Part shown: positions 24,589 through 36,219 of the stretch, piece by piece
Numbering within the stretch: the first letter of the stretch is position 1
Layout of the letters: each line of letters opens with the position of its first letter
Assembly: GCF_032191835.1 (NCBI RefSeq)
Contig: NC_083235.1
Span: 47,554,001-47,618,000, forward strand
Reading direction: 5' to 3'
From: Heteronotia binoei
Taxonomy: Eukaryota
DNA: 64,000 nt
Notes under the pieces: generated by a model
Told to the model about the DNA's origin: nothing
The model's database searches: none
What the model saw: only the letters and a program-made list of their open reading frames with translations
Position numbers and translations under genes: made by a program

Positions 24589-25385
24589 CTTGGAGAGGAA
24601 AGATTGCAATCAGATCACCTTTTGGAGGTACGCATCTACATATTTACTAGGAGGTTAATCATTATGCAGCTGTGCAATATTACTATTCAAGAAGAAATTC
24701 TGTGACTGCAAAACCAAAAGAAACAGTTTTACAGAAGACTTTCAGAACTTCAGTGGGTAGTGCTGAGAAGATCCACTTGTGTAGAGATGGTCAAAGTGGA
24801 CTTTGGTCCAGGGGCTGCATTCTGGAATGTGGTTCTAGGTAGCATGTTGGGCCCTTATTAGGAAAGCTGCTTGCTCCTGCAACATTAACCTAGTCCCTAC
24901 ACTTGAATGGCTAGCCCCCATCCACACCCACCTCAGCACACTCCTAGCCTTTTCAAGTAGGAAGCAAAGCTGGCTCCAGAAGATGGAGAGGGAAGGCCCC
25001 AGTGCCTGTCTCAAAATCGATTCCATTTTCATACAGGACCCAGAGGAAGAGTGGTTTGCAAACCCAACCTTCTTCTGGGCTAAAGACTGCCTTGCCCAAA
25101 AAACCCCAAATCCTAATTGCCTATATTTATCCTGGGAGCTACAATTCTCCTTCTGTGAAGAGTGAACAGTCTTACAATAAGCTTGCTGCTAACACTTATT
25201 GCTCCACAGGCTACAGAAACTAATCATCCAGTGAACCACCACTCAGAACCCAGCTGTCAATCTCTACACCAGGAACTGAAACTTTTTACTTCCCATTATG
25301 CTGCCCTGTCCCTGTCACCCAGTGCTAGCACATCCACCACAAGGTTCCTGAGAGACACAACCTCCCCCACCACCCCATTACTTAC

Positions 25386-25477
25386 ATTGAACTTTTCTGT
25401 CTTGTTTTTCAAAAGTTCCCAGCGCTGGACTGAACTGCGCTTTTTACAGAATTCCTTCTGCAATGTCTCTCGAACTG
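25386..25477 (-). CDS. PRIM1: PRIM1 exon 8 (92 nt)
   Basis: (P)VRETLQKEFCKKRSSVQRWELLKNKTEKFN; donor T|gtaagt. Confidence 0.92.
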
Positions 25478-26470
25478 GTAGCCAAGTTGTTAAGGAGTTT
25501 GAAGGCTGGCTTAAGATATTTTGTATCTGAGGCTGAAAGCCAAATAGCATCCTCATTTTTTAAAAGCTACTTGCCATCTTAAGTTCTATCCTACTGTTAT
25601 TTCTAAGCTAATACAATTAAATAACACAACTTTTCTGTACGTGCAATTTGTCTTTGATCTGTGTTGAGTTTAATCACAACAGGAGGTGGGTTTAGGGGGA
25701 GAGGTTGATGGTATATTATTCACTCTTACATACAATAATGTTTTTCAAGTAGCATACATTTTTTAATATAGTCCCAACAAAAGATTTTTTTCCCAGATTG
25801 TGTTGGGGATTTTTACAGTACACATTTAACAAAAAGCAAATTTCTTAAGAAGTTTTACTCTTTTTTTGCTTTGCCATTTTCTCTGGTGTTTGATGTACCC
25901 TCCCCTTTCTATTGCAAACCACTCCCCCCACACCAACATAACATGAGAATCAGCTCACTTTCATTTCAGAGAAGCTAGGACAGGAGAATTCTTTAGTCTC
26001 CCAGATACTAGCCAGACATTCTAAATTCTATTCCACATCAGCAGCTACCTGACTGCATGTGGTACATTAGTTACAATCTTTGGACACTTCCCTATGTAAA
26101 ATTTCCCCTGCAAATAAAAAATTAGCACACAAAAGGAATAGGCTGGGCAGCAACCTCACAGATATATTAGTTTGGGGCTTTTTAAACCTTTCCTGGAGTG
26201 TTTTTTTTTTTAAAGATTATCATAGCGGTACATTCCACTCTACTGCCTCACACTTTGAGAAACCTTGAGTCTCAATCAAAGCTTAAGCGTTTACAAGGTT
26301 TCCTAAGAACCATGCAGAAGCATCTTCCTGGCGTGCGTACCAACTCAGGTGCCTGTCACAATTTTTTAAAGGTGTCTTATTTATGAGCACGATACCGGTA
26401 ACTCAGTCAAAACCATTCTCCCTAGTGAATCCCATGCCCCCCTGCCTTTCAGAGTACTCCCATAGGATAT
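25478..26470 (-). other. PRIM1: U12-type (minor spliceosome) AT-AC intron 7 of PRIM1
   Basis: 5' ATATCCTAT; branch CTCCTTAAC at 25497-25489; 3' end ...ggctAC with no polypyrimidine tract; splicing here restores the primase frame. Confidence 0.93.
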
Positions 26471-26580
26471 GTTCTGGGACCAAAGCCAACACTTTATCAT
26501 AGCTCTCTTTATTTCCAAGTATGTCCTGACCCACAAGGGCATATTCTTCAAAGTATTCCTTCACCACATTTAGTGACTCC
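26471..26580 (-). CDS. PRIM1: PRIM1 exon 7 (110 nt), followed by an AT-AC intron
   Basis: ESLNVVKEYFEEYALVGQDILGNKESYDKVLALVPE; donor C|ATATCCTAT. Confidence 0.93.
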
Positions 26581-27107
26581 CTAAAAAGAAGAGGGAGAAC
26601 ATCAGTGGCACACCCGGGACTCCCAAACTTTAAACTCTTTGCAGAAGAGGGAAACTTGCTAGTCATACAATGGTGAGACAAGCTGCACTCATTGGCATTT
26701 CATTTGCTCAGAAGTCTAAATTGAAGTAAAGAGGTGTTCTTTTAGTTGACCTATTTCAACATTGTGAGACTGTGGAAAGTTTCTAATACTTAATTACTGC
26801 AAGGCTTTTTCTCACCTGCGAATCAGAATCAGAACAATACTCAAGGGTACACAAAGTACAGGTGTCCTTTTGGGCTACCAGGACAAGCTAATGAGTTCCA
26901 TCAGTCTTCTCCCTAGAAAGCTGAGGCTGTTATCAAAGACAGCCTCCCTTTGACATGCATGGTGCCAACTTGCATTCTCTTCGCCATCAGATACCCACAA
27001 TGCATCATAGCCCTTCTCAAGCATAATTTAAAGAGGCACATAAGAACTGAGGATGCATTCCTGAGCTCACACATGCCCCACTGTCTTCCACTGTCTCATT
27101 AACTGAC

Positions 27108-27166
27108 CTGATGAATGGGTGAATGGGGTCAGAGAGGATCACCTTCTTGATGGTCTCCTCGCCACC
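27108..27166 (-). CDS. PRIM1: PRIM1 exon 6 (59 nt)
   Basis: GGEETIKKVILSDPIHPFIR; boundaries cccatag and AG|gtcagt. Confidence 0.93.
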
Positions 27167-27714
27167 CTATGGGAAGATTAAAGAATGAACAAAAGTTAAC
27201 CTAGTATTCTATGCCCACTTTTCTATTCAGAACCAGAAGTATCCTGGCAGTAGAATACTGAATCCCAAAGGGTCAGTGTGGCGCACTAGATCCTCTGTTC
27301 TTCTGCCTGGTTTGCAGCTTCCCCATTCTTTTCAGTACTCCTCTTTCTGGAGCATCCAAACCTTAAATCAACATCAAAGCTGAATGGCCTCTTTCCCATT
27401 TACTCAGTGAAATAAGGAACTAAGCTATCACAACAGCTACAACCAAAGTCAAGGTCAGGCAATGGTAATAATTTCCATTATGTTGTCCTTGGATATTTAC
27501 TGATGATTTGGGTTGTGTCCAAAGCATTGCATGAAAATAAATTCAAAGTCATCAAGATGTAGCATTATTTAACACAAAGTCTCCAGTTCCCAACACAGCT
27601 CAAGATCTTTATCAGAGGAAGTTGTTCTAATAGCGTAGCTAACACTTTCACATCCTATATAAACACATTTGGAGATTCAGCCCCTCAACAGGAGATGCAG
27701 CTGTACAAATAGGG

Positions 27715-27797
27715 ATACTTTAGGCTGATCCTGCATTGAGCAGGGGGTAGGACTAGATGGCCTCTATGGCCCCTTCCAACTCATATGGTTCTATGCT
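27715..27797 (+). mobile_element. CR1 3' tail fragment
   Basis: gatcctgcattgagcaggggg...ggccccttccaactc resembles 17750-17840. Confidence 0.65.
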
Positions 27798-28547
27798 TTT
27801 ACGAATTCTCCCCTCCCTTCTTTTTGACTGCTGAAGCATAGGACAGCTGGATGCAAAAGTGGACAGAGCTCCCATAGAAGAGAAATTTTAAAAAAAACTG
27901 ACCCATGTACTTTCCAAAATTCTTTCTTCTATAGGACTATTAAAAGCACAAGACCCCTGCCTATTATAGTATGTGAGCACCTTAATATGAAATGTTGCAT
28001 TCACAACTGACCAAACAATGCCAATTGCTTGGAAACTGAATGAACCCTTTCATTTGTATTTGGTTATGACAGCTACAAAGCAAATGGTATAAACTCTTTG
28101 TTTTATATGCAAAGGACAAAGAAGATTCCTACACAGCTGAGGTTTTTTTTACAGTACTTTCTATAGTAAAATGCAGTGCTACCTTCCATGTTGCAAACAG
28201 GTATGAGGTGGGCTCAAGCCACAACTGTGCTAGTTCAGTGAATTAATCCATATAGCATGTGGATTTGGAATAACACAGACAGCCTTGTAGGTCTTCTCTA
28301 CACTTCTTTAAAAATTTAGCCTGCTTTTAAATAAGATTATAGTTCTATTGTTGACTTTTAGTCATTATAGCAGAATGGCACCTTCAGACTGAAAATGTCT
28401 GATCTGTTTCACTTACAACAGTGTGCTCTGCCCAGCTTCATTTCTAATGTACCTTTGGATATGACCAATCAGCACTGCAAATGGTGGAACATTAATATCC
28501 ACCTGCCCAGTCATATTCCAGCTCCCTCCTTCCCAAAAGTACCACAC

Positions 28548-28684
28548 CTTAACAAGACTTAGATATTCCACTGCTGCAGAGCGGAGAGTTGTGGACCACT
28601 TCCTGACGGACTCATCACACACCCAGCAATGAACACCTCTGCGTCCCGAGTACACCCAGAGGCGGTGTTTGATTCCGAAGTCCT
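28548..28684 (-). CDS. PRIM1: PRIM1 exon 5 (137 nt), SGRRGVHCW motif
   Basis: [46 protein letters not shown]; ag/gt boundaries. Confidence 0.96.
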
Positions 28685-29497
28685 CTGCAAGAGGGAAAGA
28701 GCAGAAAGCACAAACTGAGCATGTACTTTACCATTTACAGTAGTGCTTGAGATATCTTCACTGCACTTCACATACATTTTCTCAATAATCCTCATAACAA
28801 CCTTGTAAGGTAGGTTAGCATTATTGATCCCATAACTGAAGATGAAGGGGGCCCAGGCTGAAAGAATAATGACTTACCAAAGGCCACCAAGAGGGCTCAT
28901 AGCTAAGAGGAAGTAGCACCTACAACATCTTGGATCTCAATTCTCACTCATTGCCCCTTCTTCATTGGCATTAATAATATGCATACAAATACCAGTATCA
29001 ACAACTAAATACTAAAAAGCTTAGCAACATAAAATACACAAATATTTCACCATGTGGTATTAACTGCTACAAAATAGACTCAGGGGATAGAGGGAAGAAA
29101 CCATGCAACTGTTTACAAATTTGCAGATAAGAGACTGCAATCTGCAGCTATTCATTTTTATTGCATCCTTCTCCCAAGTAGCTCAAGACAAAATACATGA
29201 CTCCTCTTCCTTTTTATCCCTACAATACACTCAACCTGTCAGGTAGGTCAGGTTGAGTGTGTGTGACTGATCCAAGGTCATCCAGCAATCCTTACGACAA
29301 TTTTTTTTAACCCAGGTTGTAGTGTAACATGCTAACCACTACACAGTTAGAACCACTTTGGTCTGCAGAAAAAGGTTTAGGCCTAATCAGAGTACCAAAG
29401 CAGAAACAGATACATAAGGGAGACAAGGGAGGCCATAAAATAGAGGGAAAGGTTATAAATCTAATTGCTTGTAATCAGTTATTTATTAAGTGATAAA

Positions 29498-29637
29498 GCA
29501 GGCTGGATACACATCTATCCCAGATTAAGGGGCAGGCTGGATACACATCTATCCCAGATTAAGGGGCAGGCTGGATACACATCTATCCCAGATTAAGGGG
29601 CAGGCTGGATACACATCTATCCCAGATTAAGGGGCAG
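29498..29637. repeat. Perfect minisatellite, 4 x 34 bp plus 4 nt, in PRIM1 intron 4
   Basis: Unit gcaggctggatacacatctatcccagattaaggg starts at 29498, 29532, 29566 and 29600; no spacers. Confidence 0.95.
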
Positions 29638-30292
29638 ATGAGAGGGATGGGCTAGGTGCCCTTAAAGAAAACCATTCCAGTCCTGTGATCCAGCAACTAT
29701 GCAAAATGAGTCTTCTACTTCCTTTTTCTATACACAGCTGCAAGTTTCCAGAACTACAAAAAGCAGCATCAGCATAGGGAAAAACAGTTGTCTGCAATCT
29801 CAGGCAAGGAAAGCAGCTTTTACTGCAACCTGGGACCCACTTTTAATTTTTTTTTACTGTCTATGTCCTTTTATGCCCCTTTTCTTTTCTCAACAACTTC
29901 CCTGTAAAGCATGACAACACATGGCTGGCACTGAATGAGTAACTATAATAACGAAAACACCCCCAAGCCCCACAGAGAAACAATATGGTTTAATGGTTAA
30001 GTGCTGGTTAAAGGTTTCATGCCCTCTTGATTATGAAGCTCTCTCAGTGACTCTAGCCCCATCATCCTCACTTTGACTCACCTAACTGACAAGGTTGTTG
30101 GGATGAGGAAAAAGAGGAGGAGGAGGAGGAACCATTAATGCTGCTCTGAGCTCCTTGGAGAAAATATGAGGTACAAATGTAGACAGAAAGATTCTGGAAG
30201 ACACTTGAATTCTGGTTTTGGTACATCTCCATGGGAAGATTTACTGAGGCAAACAGTCCGAAAGCAGCCACTGAGTGCCCTAAGCCACTTAC

Positions 30293-30366
30293 CCACAAGT
30301 GCCCGGTCAATAATGCGGATGGCTAGAGTCATGAGTGTCCAGCATTTGGAGCAGATCTCAGCAGAC
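30293..30366 (-). CDS. PRIM1: PRIM1 exon 4 (74 nt), zinc-knuckle cysteines
   Basis: SAEICSKCWTLMTLAIRIIDRALV; donor G|gtaagt. Confidence 0.95.
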
Positions 30367-30742
30367 CTTGAGAGAGAGAGAGCAAGAAAGAAAACAGTTA
30401 AGTCCCTTACAAACTTGACTCCTACTTTGTTCTACATTCTTCCAAGCTGAAGGAAAATAAGCTCCCTGAACAACAAAGGATCCTTGAGCACCCTACCTGC
30501 CATATTATTATGTATCAGAAGCTACAAAATACAGGGCACAAATAAATAATAAAGATCAAACACAGGTTGCTACTTCTCAAGCACTGAAGGATAACCAAAA
30601 CATAATAATGTCTTGTGAAGCCCAGAAAGTGAAGCTGAGAAGGAATGATCACACACGTCCCTTTTCAGCTTTCAGGACCACAACATCCTACCAAAGCAGG
30701 CTGCCTACCTCTACATCACTAACCCAGATAGGAGAACAATAC

Positions 30743-30849
30743 CTGCAGCATTGTCTGACATCATCATAATCTGTCATGTCTATGTCAAACACAAGTTCCT
30801 TTTCCTGAGCCTGGAAGGCTCCCATGTGCACTGTGTTGTGTTGGATAGG
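30743..30849 (-). CDS. PRIM1: PRIM1 exon 3 (107 nt), catalytic DxD motif
   Basis: PIQHNTVHMGAFQAQEKELVFDIDMTDYDDVRQCC; ag/gt boundaries. Confidence 0.96.
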
Positions 30850-31959
30850 CTGTAGGAAGGGAAATCAGAAAGAATATCACTTAATAAATAAATGATTACA
30901 AGCAATTAGATTTCAGTTTTGTTTATTCACAGAGTAACAACAAAGTTTGACCATTATTTGATAATATTTCACTGTATTTGGGCTGTCAATACTCCATTTT
31001 TTAAAAGTAATTTAAATGGACAACTCTTCATGAAGGAGCTTTTTGGAAGTTCCAGAAACTTGTCATTTTAGCCTGGAGATGCCAAAGAAAATCTCTCCAG
31101 TAACCAATGGCTGACAAAACTATTGTCAGACTCTATCTGTAAAATGGGTATAATAAATAATGTTGCAAGAAGGTACCTGCTAATGGCAGTATTATTCTCC
31201 ACATCATATATCTAATTATGAAGAGGACCATAGAGTTTGGGTTAATAGATGTGCAATATGGAACTAGGGAAAAATGGGGAATTTCCTAGAAACCTGAAGG
31301 AGGTGCCTGGTTTACAGAAAAATCTGAAATCTAAAACAAACAAACATTGGAAGACTAAAACACCTCAAAACAACTTAAACAATGCTTGTAGCTTTAAGAA
31401 AAGAATGCCTATTTAGCTCTCAGTCGCCATATTGAAGTCATGGGGGGGGGGGGCAGAAGAACTTGCCACTCCAACTTGAAGGCTAAAACAACCTCAGAAA
31501 GGGTCTCAACCCCCATCATGTCCCCTAACGGAGGAAGACTTTCTGGGAACATGCCTGGCAGCAACCACTGAAGATTCACTACCCACACCAGTGATCACTA
31601 CACAACCACACTCAGCTTTTCCAGGAGATAGGCTGCCCCTGGGCAGGAAGAAGAACACAGAGGGCAGATTAAGTCAGTGGGCAGGTGAGAAGAAAAGAAA
31701 GATGCTGGAAAAGAGGACTATGGAGGCAGCCAGGAAAGGGAAAAAATTAATTGAAGGGGAGTGGGATACAGGGGAAAGAGAGATGCCCCCCTCAGGACCT
31801 TACAAGTCCCCTACTTGTCATTATCTAAAGTCCAACATGAAATCCATACAGAATTGGTTTTAAAATTATGCTCATCTCACTTTTAAAAAAGGCGACTGAA
31901 CAGATATATTTCCAATACTTTTCTAACTCTTTAAGTTCTGCTGCTCTAAAGCTCCGTAC

Positions 31960-32117
31960 CCTGTGTGAATATACAGCCCCAATGTCAATTTTATAAGGAC
32001 ATATCTTCTGGATCTCTTTCTCCAGCTCCTGCGGGGAATTGAAAGACTGGTACCGGACGTAAATATCATCATGCAGTGTGAATGAGAACTCTCGCCGCTG
32101 AAAGTAATTCTTTGACA
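31960..32117 (-). CDS. PRIM1: PRIM1 exon 2 (158 nt)
   Basis: VSKNYFQRREFSFTLHDDIYVRYQSF...KIDIGAVYSHR; ag/gt boundaries. Confidence 0.96.
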
Positions 32118-32326
32118 CTGCAAAAAGAAACCAGATCACATCCTTAGCTACATTGTTCAGAGACATAATTGCGACTCAGGAAGCCCCAAGTTTCATGCTC
32201 ACCTCTGCAATAAACTATCCAGCAGAGATAGGCAGACTTTGGCCCAAGTGCTCACTGGATGCATGCCTGTGATCTCTGAATTCTGTACACATACAGGACC
32301 CCAAATATTCCAGCCCCGCATCTTAC

Positions 32327-32429
32327 CGTCACCATAGAGCAGCCACCGCCCGTAAGGCCCGAAGGGGAAGATGCGGCGATAATAGAGTGGCAGCAGGTGA
32401 GGCAAAGAATCAGGATCAAACTCCGCCAT
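32327..32429 (-). CDS. PRIM1: PRIM1 exon 1 (103 nt): MAEFDPDSLPHLLPLYYRRIFPFGPYGRWLLYGD
   Basis: Homologous to the primase p49 N-terminus (LYYRRLFP); donor G|gtaaga. Confidence 0.95.
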
Positions 32430-32540
32430 ATTCCTCCCCCTCCGAAAAAAAACAGCAAAGAAAGCGCGGGAGAAATGAGTTTCCACTTGCCCACCGATAG
32501 CCAATTAAGAGAGGCCACGCCTTTCATAATGTCTAGGGCT
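32430..32540 (-). promoter_or_regulatory. PRIM1 proximal promoter with E2F-like site and CCAAT box
   Basis: GCGCGGGAGAAA at 32464-32475 (E2F-like) and CCAAT at 32501-32505 in a CpG-enriched stretch just upstream of the ATG. Confidence 0.5.
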
Positions 32541-33559
32541 CAGGGTTTATGGGAATTGTAGTTCTCATGAGGAAAAAGCATTGATTTCAGTGCTTCCTCT
32601 GACGCCCGCTAGTGGTTTGTTTCTGTTTTTTCAACTTAAAATATCACTTAAGTGCTTGCCAGCAGCAGAAGGCGGAGTGCGGTTGGAAAACTTTATACCC
32701 CGACCCTGCAGTAAGGGGAGGGAGGGTAAATCGTGTCGTTATTCAGTAGGGATTATAGGTGTGTGTAGTGCAGAAGGAAATCTGATTATTTTACTACACT
32801 TTTATCCAACCCTTCCTCCCAAGAACTCTTGATGACTTATATGGTTCTCCCTTCTATTTCATCCTCACAACAGGTAGGTTAGATGGAAAGAGAATTAACT
32901 AACCTAAGGTCTCCCAGTGCAGGGGGTATGGTGAGGATTTGAATCTGGGTCTTCAAGCTCCCTGCTTGCCACCTCTCCAACCTTTACGTGCATGATAATA
33001 AATGTTAATCTGCCTCAGTAGTAATAAATGAGAAACAGAAGCTAAAACTTCGTTTTTTATTTACTTTATAGCCTACCTTTCTCTCCAATGTTCTCTTCTC
33101 GACTTACATTGTTCTCTTCTCGATTTTATCCCTCACAACACAACTGTGAGGTAAACTAGGCCAAGGGAGTGTGACTGGCCCAAGGTCATCCAGTAAGCTT
33201 CCATAGCAAGAGTGAAGAGGCCAAACTAACTCTTCAATCACTACACAAGCATAGCTTCCATTGCCAATAACATGAGAGGGGCTATGGAGATAACCTGGGG
33301 CAGGCTATCATGCCTTTTCATGTTTGGCCCTGGAGCTCCCATGATCCCGTGAAGATGGTGGCCAATTTTGAGATTCCTAGTTTTAATTTCTGATGAATTA
33401 TTATGCCCACCACAAATGATGGACATACAGATCCTTTTATTATTATAGATGCATGATAACAGCCAGCCAAGTGATTTGTGTTATTATGATGCTTGGTTTG
33501 AATAAGGGTCATATGGGAGGCGGGTAGATGGAGTCTTCGTCAGTGGTGGCTCTCAGCAG

Positions 33560-34933
33560 ACCTGAGCATGCCTAACCAATGCTTTAAATTTCCCCTTGAT
33601 TTCCTGGATCTTATGGAACAGATCTCTTGATCTTTTGTTGTTGTTGTTGTTCTCTTCCATTTCTTTCCAATGATTATTATTAATAGTTCTCTATGTCCTT
33701 GGAACACTGCATTTAGACTTCTGTTTCTGTCACCTTTTACTTTTGCTTCTCACCTATCTTTAACAATTTTAATCATTTAATAAGTCATCTATCAAGGCTT
33801 TTATTTTCTTCTGGCTACAGGAATAGTCTTTGAGCATTCTTCCTTGGTAATATCTCTGGTTTCAACCCATAATTCTTCCAGTTAACGTTCATTTGAACTT
33901 ACTAATGCAAATCTATTCTTTACATGCTCTTTAAACGCTTCAGGAATGTTGTTTAGATAGATTATATTTTGGCACTACAAATTTTTTGGTGTTTTTCTTC
34001 AGCTAATTTCCTAGTCTTATTTTAGTAGATAGAATAGAGCTTCTCCATCTTCTGCTTCTGATTATATAACCTATTGGTAACCTATTTGATTAGGTAACCT
34101 ATTTTATTTCTGTAGTAGCTCTCCAGTGATGTCCATGTATACAGGATTGAGTGCCGAGTTGCCGGAAATATGTGTTCACGATGAACCAATTATTATCTTC
34201 ACAAAATTCTAGGTGAGTCACTCTCCTGCTTCATTTCATGCTCCTAGCCCAAATTTTCTGACAATATTCATTTTACTTTTGTATTCCAGTCATTGATGAT
34301 TGCCAACAAATTTTGCTTTGGTGTGTTATCAGTTTCTTCCCGGACACTTCCATAAAAGCTTTTAGTTTCTTCCTCTTCAGCCATCTATAGTTGGGACATA
34401 AATTTGAATGATGGTTATGTTGACGGGGTTTCTGAAGCAGAGAAATAATGAGGTCTGCACAGACTTACTGGTTTGAAGCAAGGTTTACTTTATGGTACCA
34501 TAAGCAGAACCCACTCGGCATAGGTCCCCAAAATGACTGAGTTACAGTCATTCTACATACAGACAGTTTTATTCACACAGAAAACAAGCAGGCAGGCACA
34601 CAGGCTTATCTGATTTCAAAGGTCCCAGCTTCACAGAACTCCTTCTAGTAAATTTCCATGACAAAGTTTCCTTATCTATATACAGCAAGTCACCTGTAGG
34701 AGGCTGTTCCCTTATCTAATCTTACAGCTAGAGCTCACACTCACTGGGCGGTAAAGTCAGTTTCTAACAGCAGTTTTACAACACACCCCTTTGTTTGAAG
34801 ACAAAGCATATTTTTACTCAATATGACAAATATTATTATTATTGGGGGTATTAATTAATTATTCAGGGACTCTCCTTCATTTCCATGAAGTCTGATTGAT
34901 ATTATTTGGTCAGACTTTGCATTGTAGCCCCTA
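33560..34933 (-). mobile_element. Degenerate RTE/BovB-like LINE, endonuclease region, split by a solo LTR
   Basis: Minus-strand peptides GYNAKSDQIISIRLH|GNPVNITIIQIYVPT (joined across the LTR) and RDLFHKIQEIKGKFK resemble the BovB ORF as recalled. Confidence 0.75.
34433..34879 (-). mobile_element. Solo LTR family B (447 bp), 4-bp TSD tttc
   Basis: TGAAG...CTTCA termini; TSD at 34429-34432 and 34880-34883; homologous to 58437-58878; AATAAA on the minus strand. Confidence 0.88.
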
Positions 34934-34941
34934 CTTGTGCT

Positions 34942-35160
34942 TAGAGTTGCCAGGTCTGTGTTGGAAAATACCTGGAGACTTTGGGGGTGGATCCAGGAGA
35001 GGGTGGGGTTTGGGGAGGGGAGGGGCCTCACCATAGTACAATTCCATAGAGTCCATCCTTCAGAGCAGTCACTTTTCCCAGGGCAGCTTATCTCTGCCAG
35101 CTGGAGATCAGTTGTAAAAGCAGGTGGTCTCTAGGCCCCACCTGGAGGCTGGCAACCCTA
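34942..35160. mobile_element. hAT MITE, 8-bp TSD cttgtgct
   Basis: TAGAGTTGCCAG...CTGGCAACCCTA; TSD at 34934-34941 and 35161-35168. Confidence 0.88.
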
Positions 35161-36149
35161 CTTGTGCTACATCTCCCCTCAATATTAGTGCACACGGCTA
35201 ATCACAAATTGGCTGTCACAGGGGTGGAGCAGATAATCAGATGTTGAAAATCTCCACGAAATGTGGCATATTCTAAACCAAGCATACTCCTATGAGGAGG
35301 GCAGTTAGTTCAGAATGGTCTCACTCTGTAGATGCAGAAGTCATACCTTCTGGGCACCTCCTGAAGCTGGGAAGTTACATACTGTCTCTCTTCTTACAAG
35401 CAAAGCCATTGCTCATTTTAAGTTTTATGTTTATTGTTGTGATTTTTTTAATTTATGAAATTACATAATAAAAATAAAATTAAAAAATAAAGATCAGTGG
35501 CTTTGGCTACAAAGTCAAAAGCAGCACTTAATAACCCCCTCCCCCAAACCAGAACTTTTCATTAATGATTCATTCAGGAATGCCATGGCTAGGTAGCTCT
35601 GAGAAAGTTCAATAGCTCTTTAATATTGCATTATCTGATGCTGTAGTTATGTTTTAACTTTTAGAAAACCATTGCAATCAGGTCTCTAGAAGAAAGGCAT
35701 GGGGCAGGGAAGACACTGGAATGCAACAGGCTGGCAAAGTACTGTTCCTTACAGTTTCCCTTGTTGTCCCCCCCTCATCTTTCTTTGCTTCTCCTTTCAG
35801 TTGCCCGTGCATGCAATGAAATGCATTCTTGGGGGAGATATAGTGAGGGTATAATCCTAGTTATTTGAGAATAATAGGAGTGATTGCTCTGGGTGAGGGG
35901 CTCTGGTGATGATGCCAATGCCAAAATATTTCCATGGCTAAATACTGCCTTCTCAGGAGTGGGAGGTAAATTGTTGGGCTGAATCCAGGATGGCTGTTTA
36001 TGCACAAATACAATCCAATACCTTGGACTTGGCACTTTACTTGGCTCATAGCCTAGTATTTCTCCAGCCTGTTCAGAACCTCTGTACAATTTCTGGAGTG
36101 GGAGGAACAGGAAAGCTTGTTTGCCAATCACATGCAATGAACTGGCTTC

Positions 36150-36219
36150 TCCTTCTGAATTTCACGGGGGCTGTCATTTCAAACTGATTGAACAGCCAAC
36201 GTGTGAGCTGAAATCCGAG
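36150..36219 (+). other. Possible non-coding exon 1 of the HSD17B6-like gene
   Basis: Donor CGAG|gtaagc at 36219/36220. The ATG exon begins at an acceptor, so an upstream exon is required. HNF4-, FOXA- and C/EBP-like motifs at 35995-36135. Start position is a guess. Confidence 0.3.

Noticed and set aside
29498-29637. CRISPR-like array of 34-bp repeats
   Set aside because: Units are contiguous with no spacers, in a vertebrate intron; it is a minisatellite.
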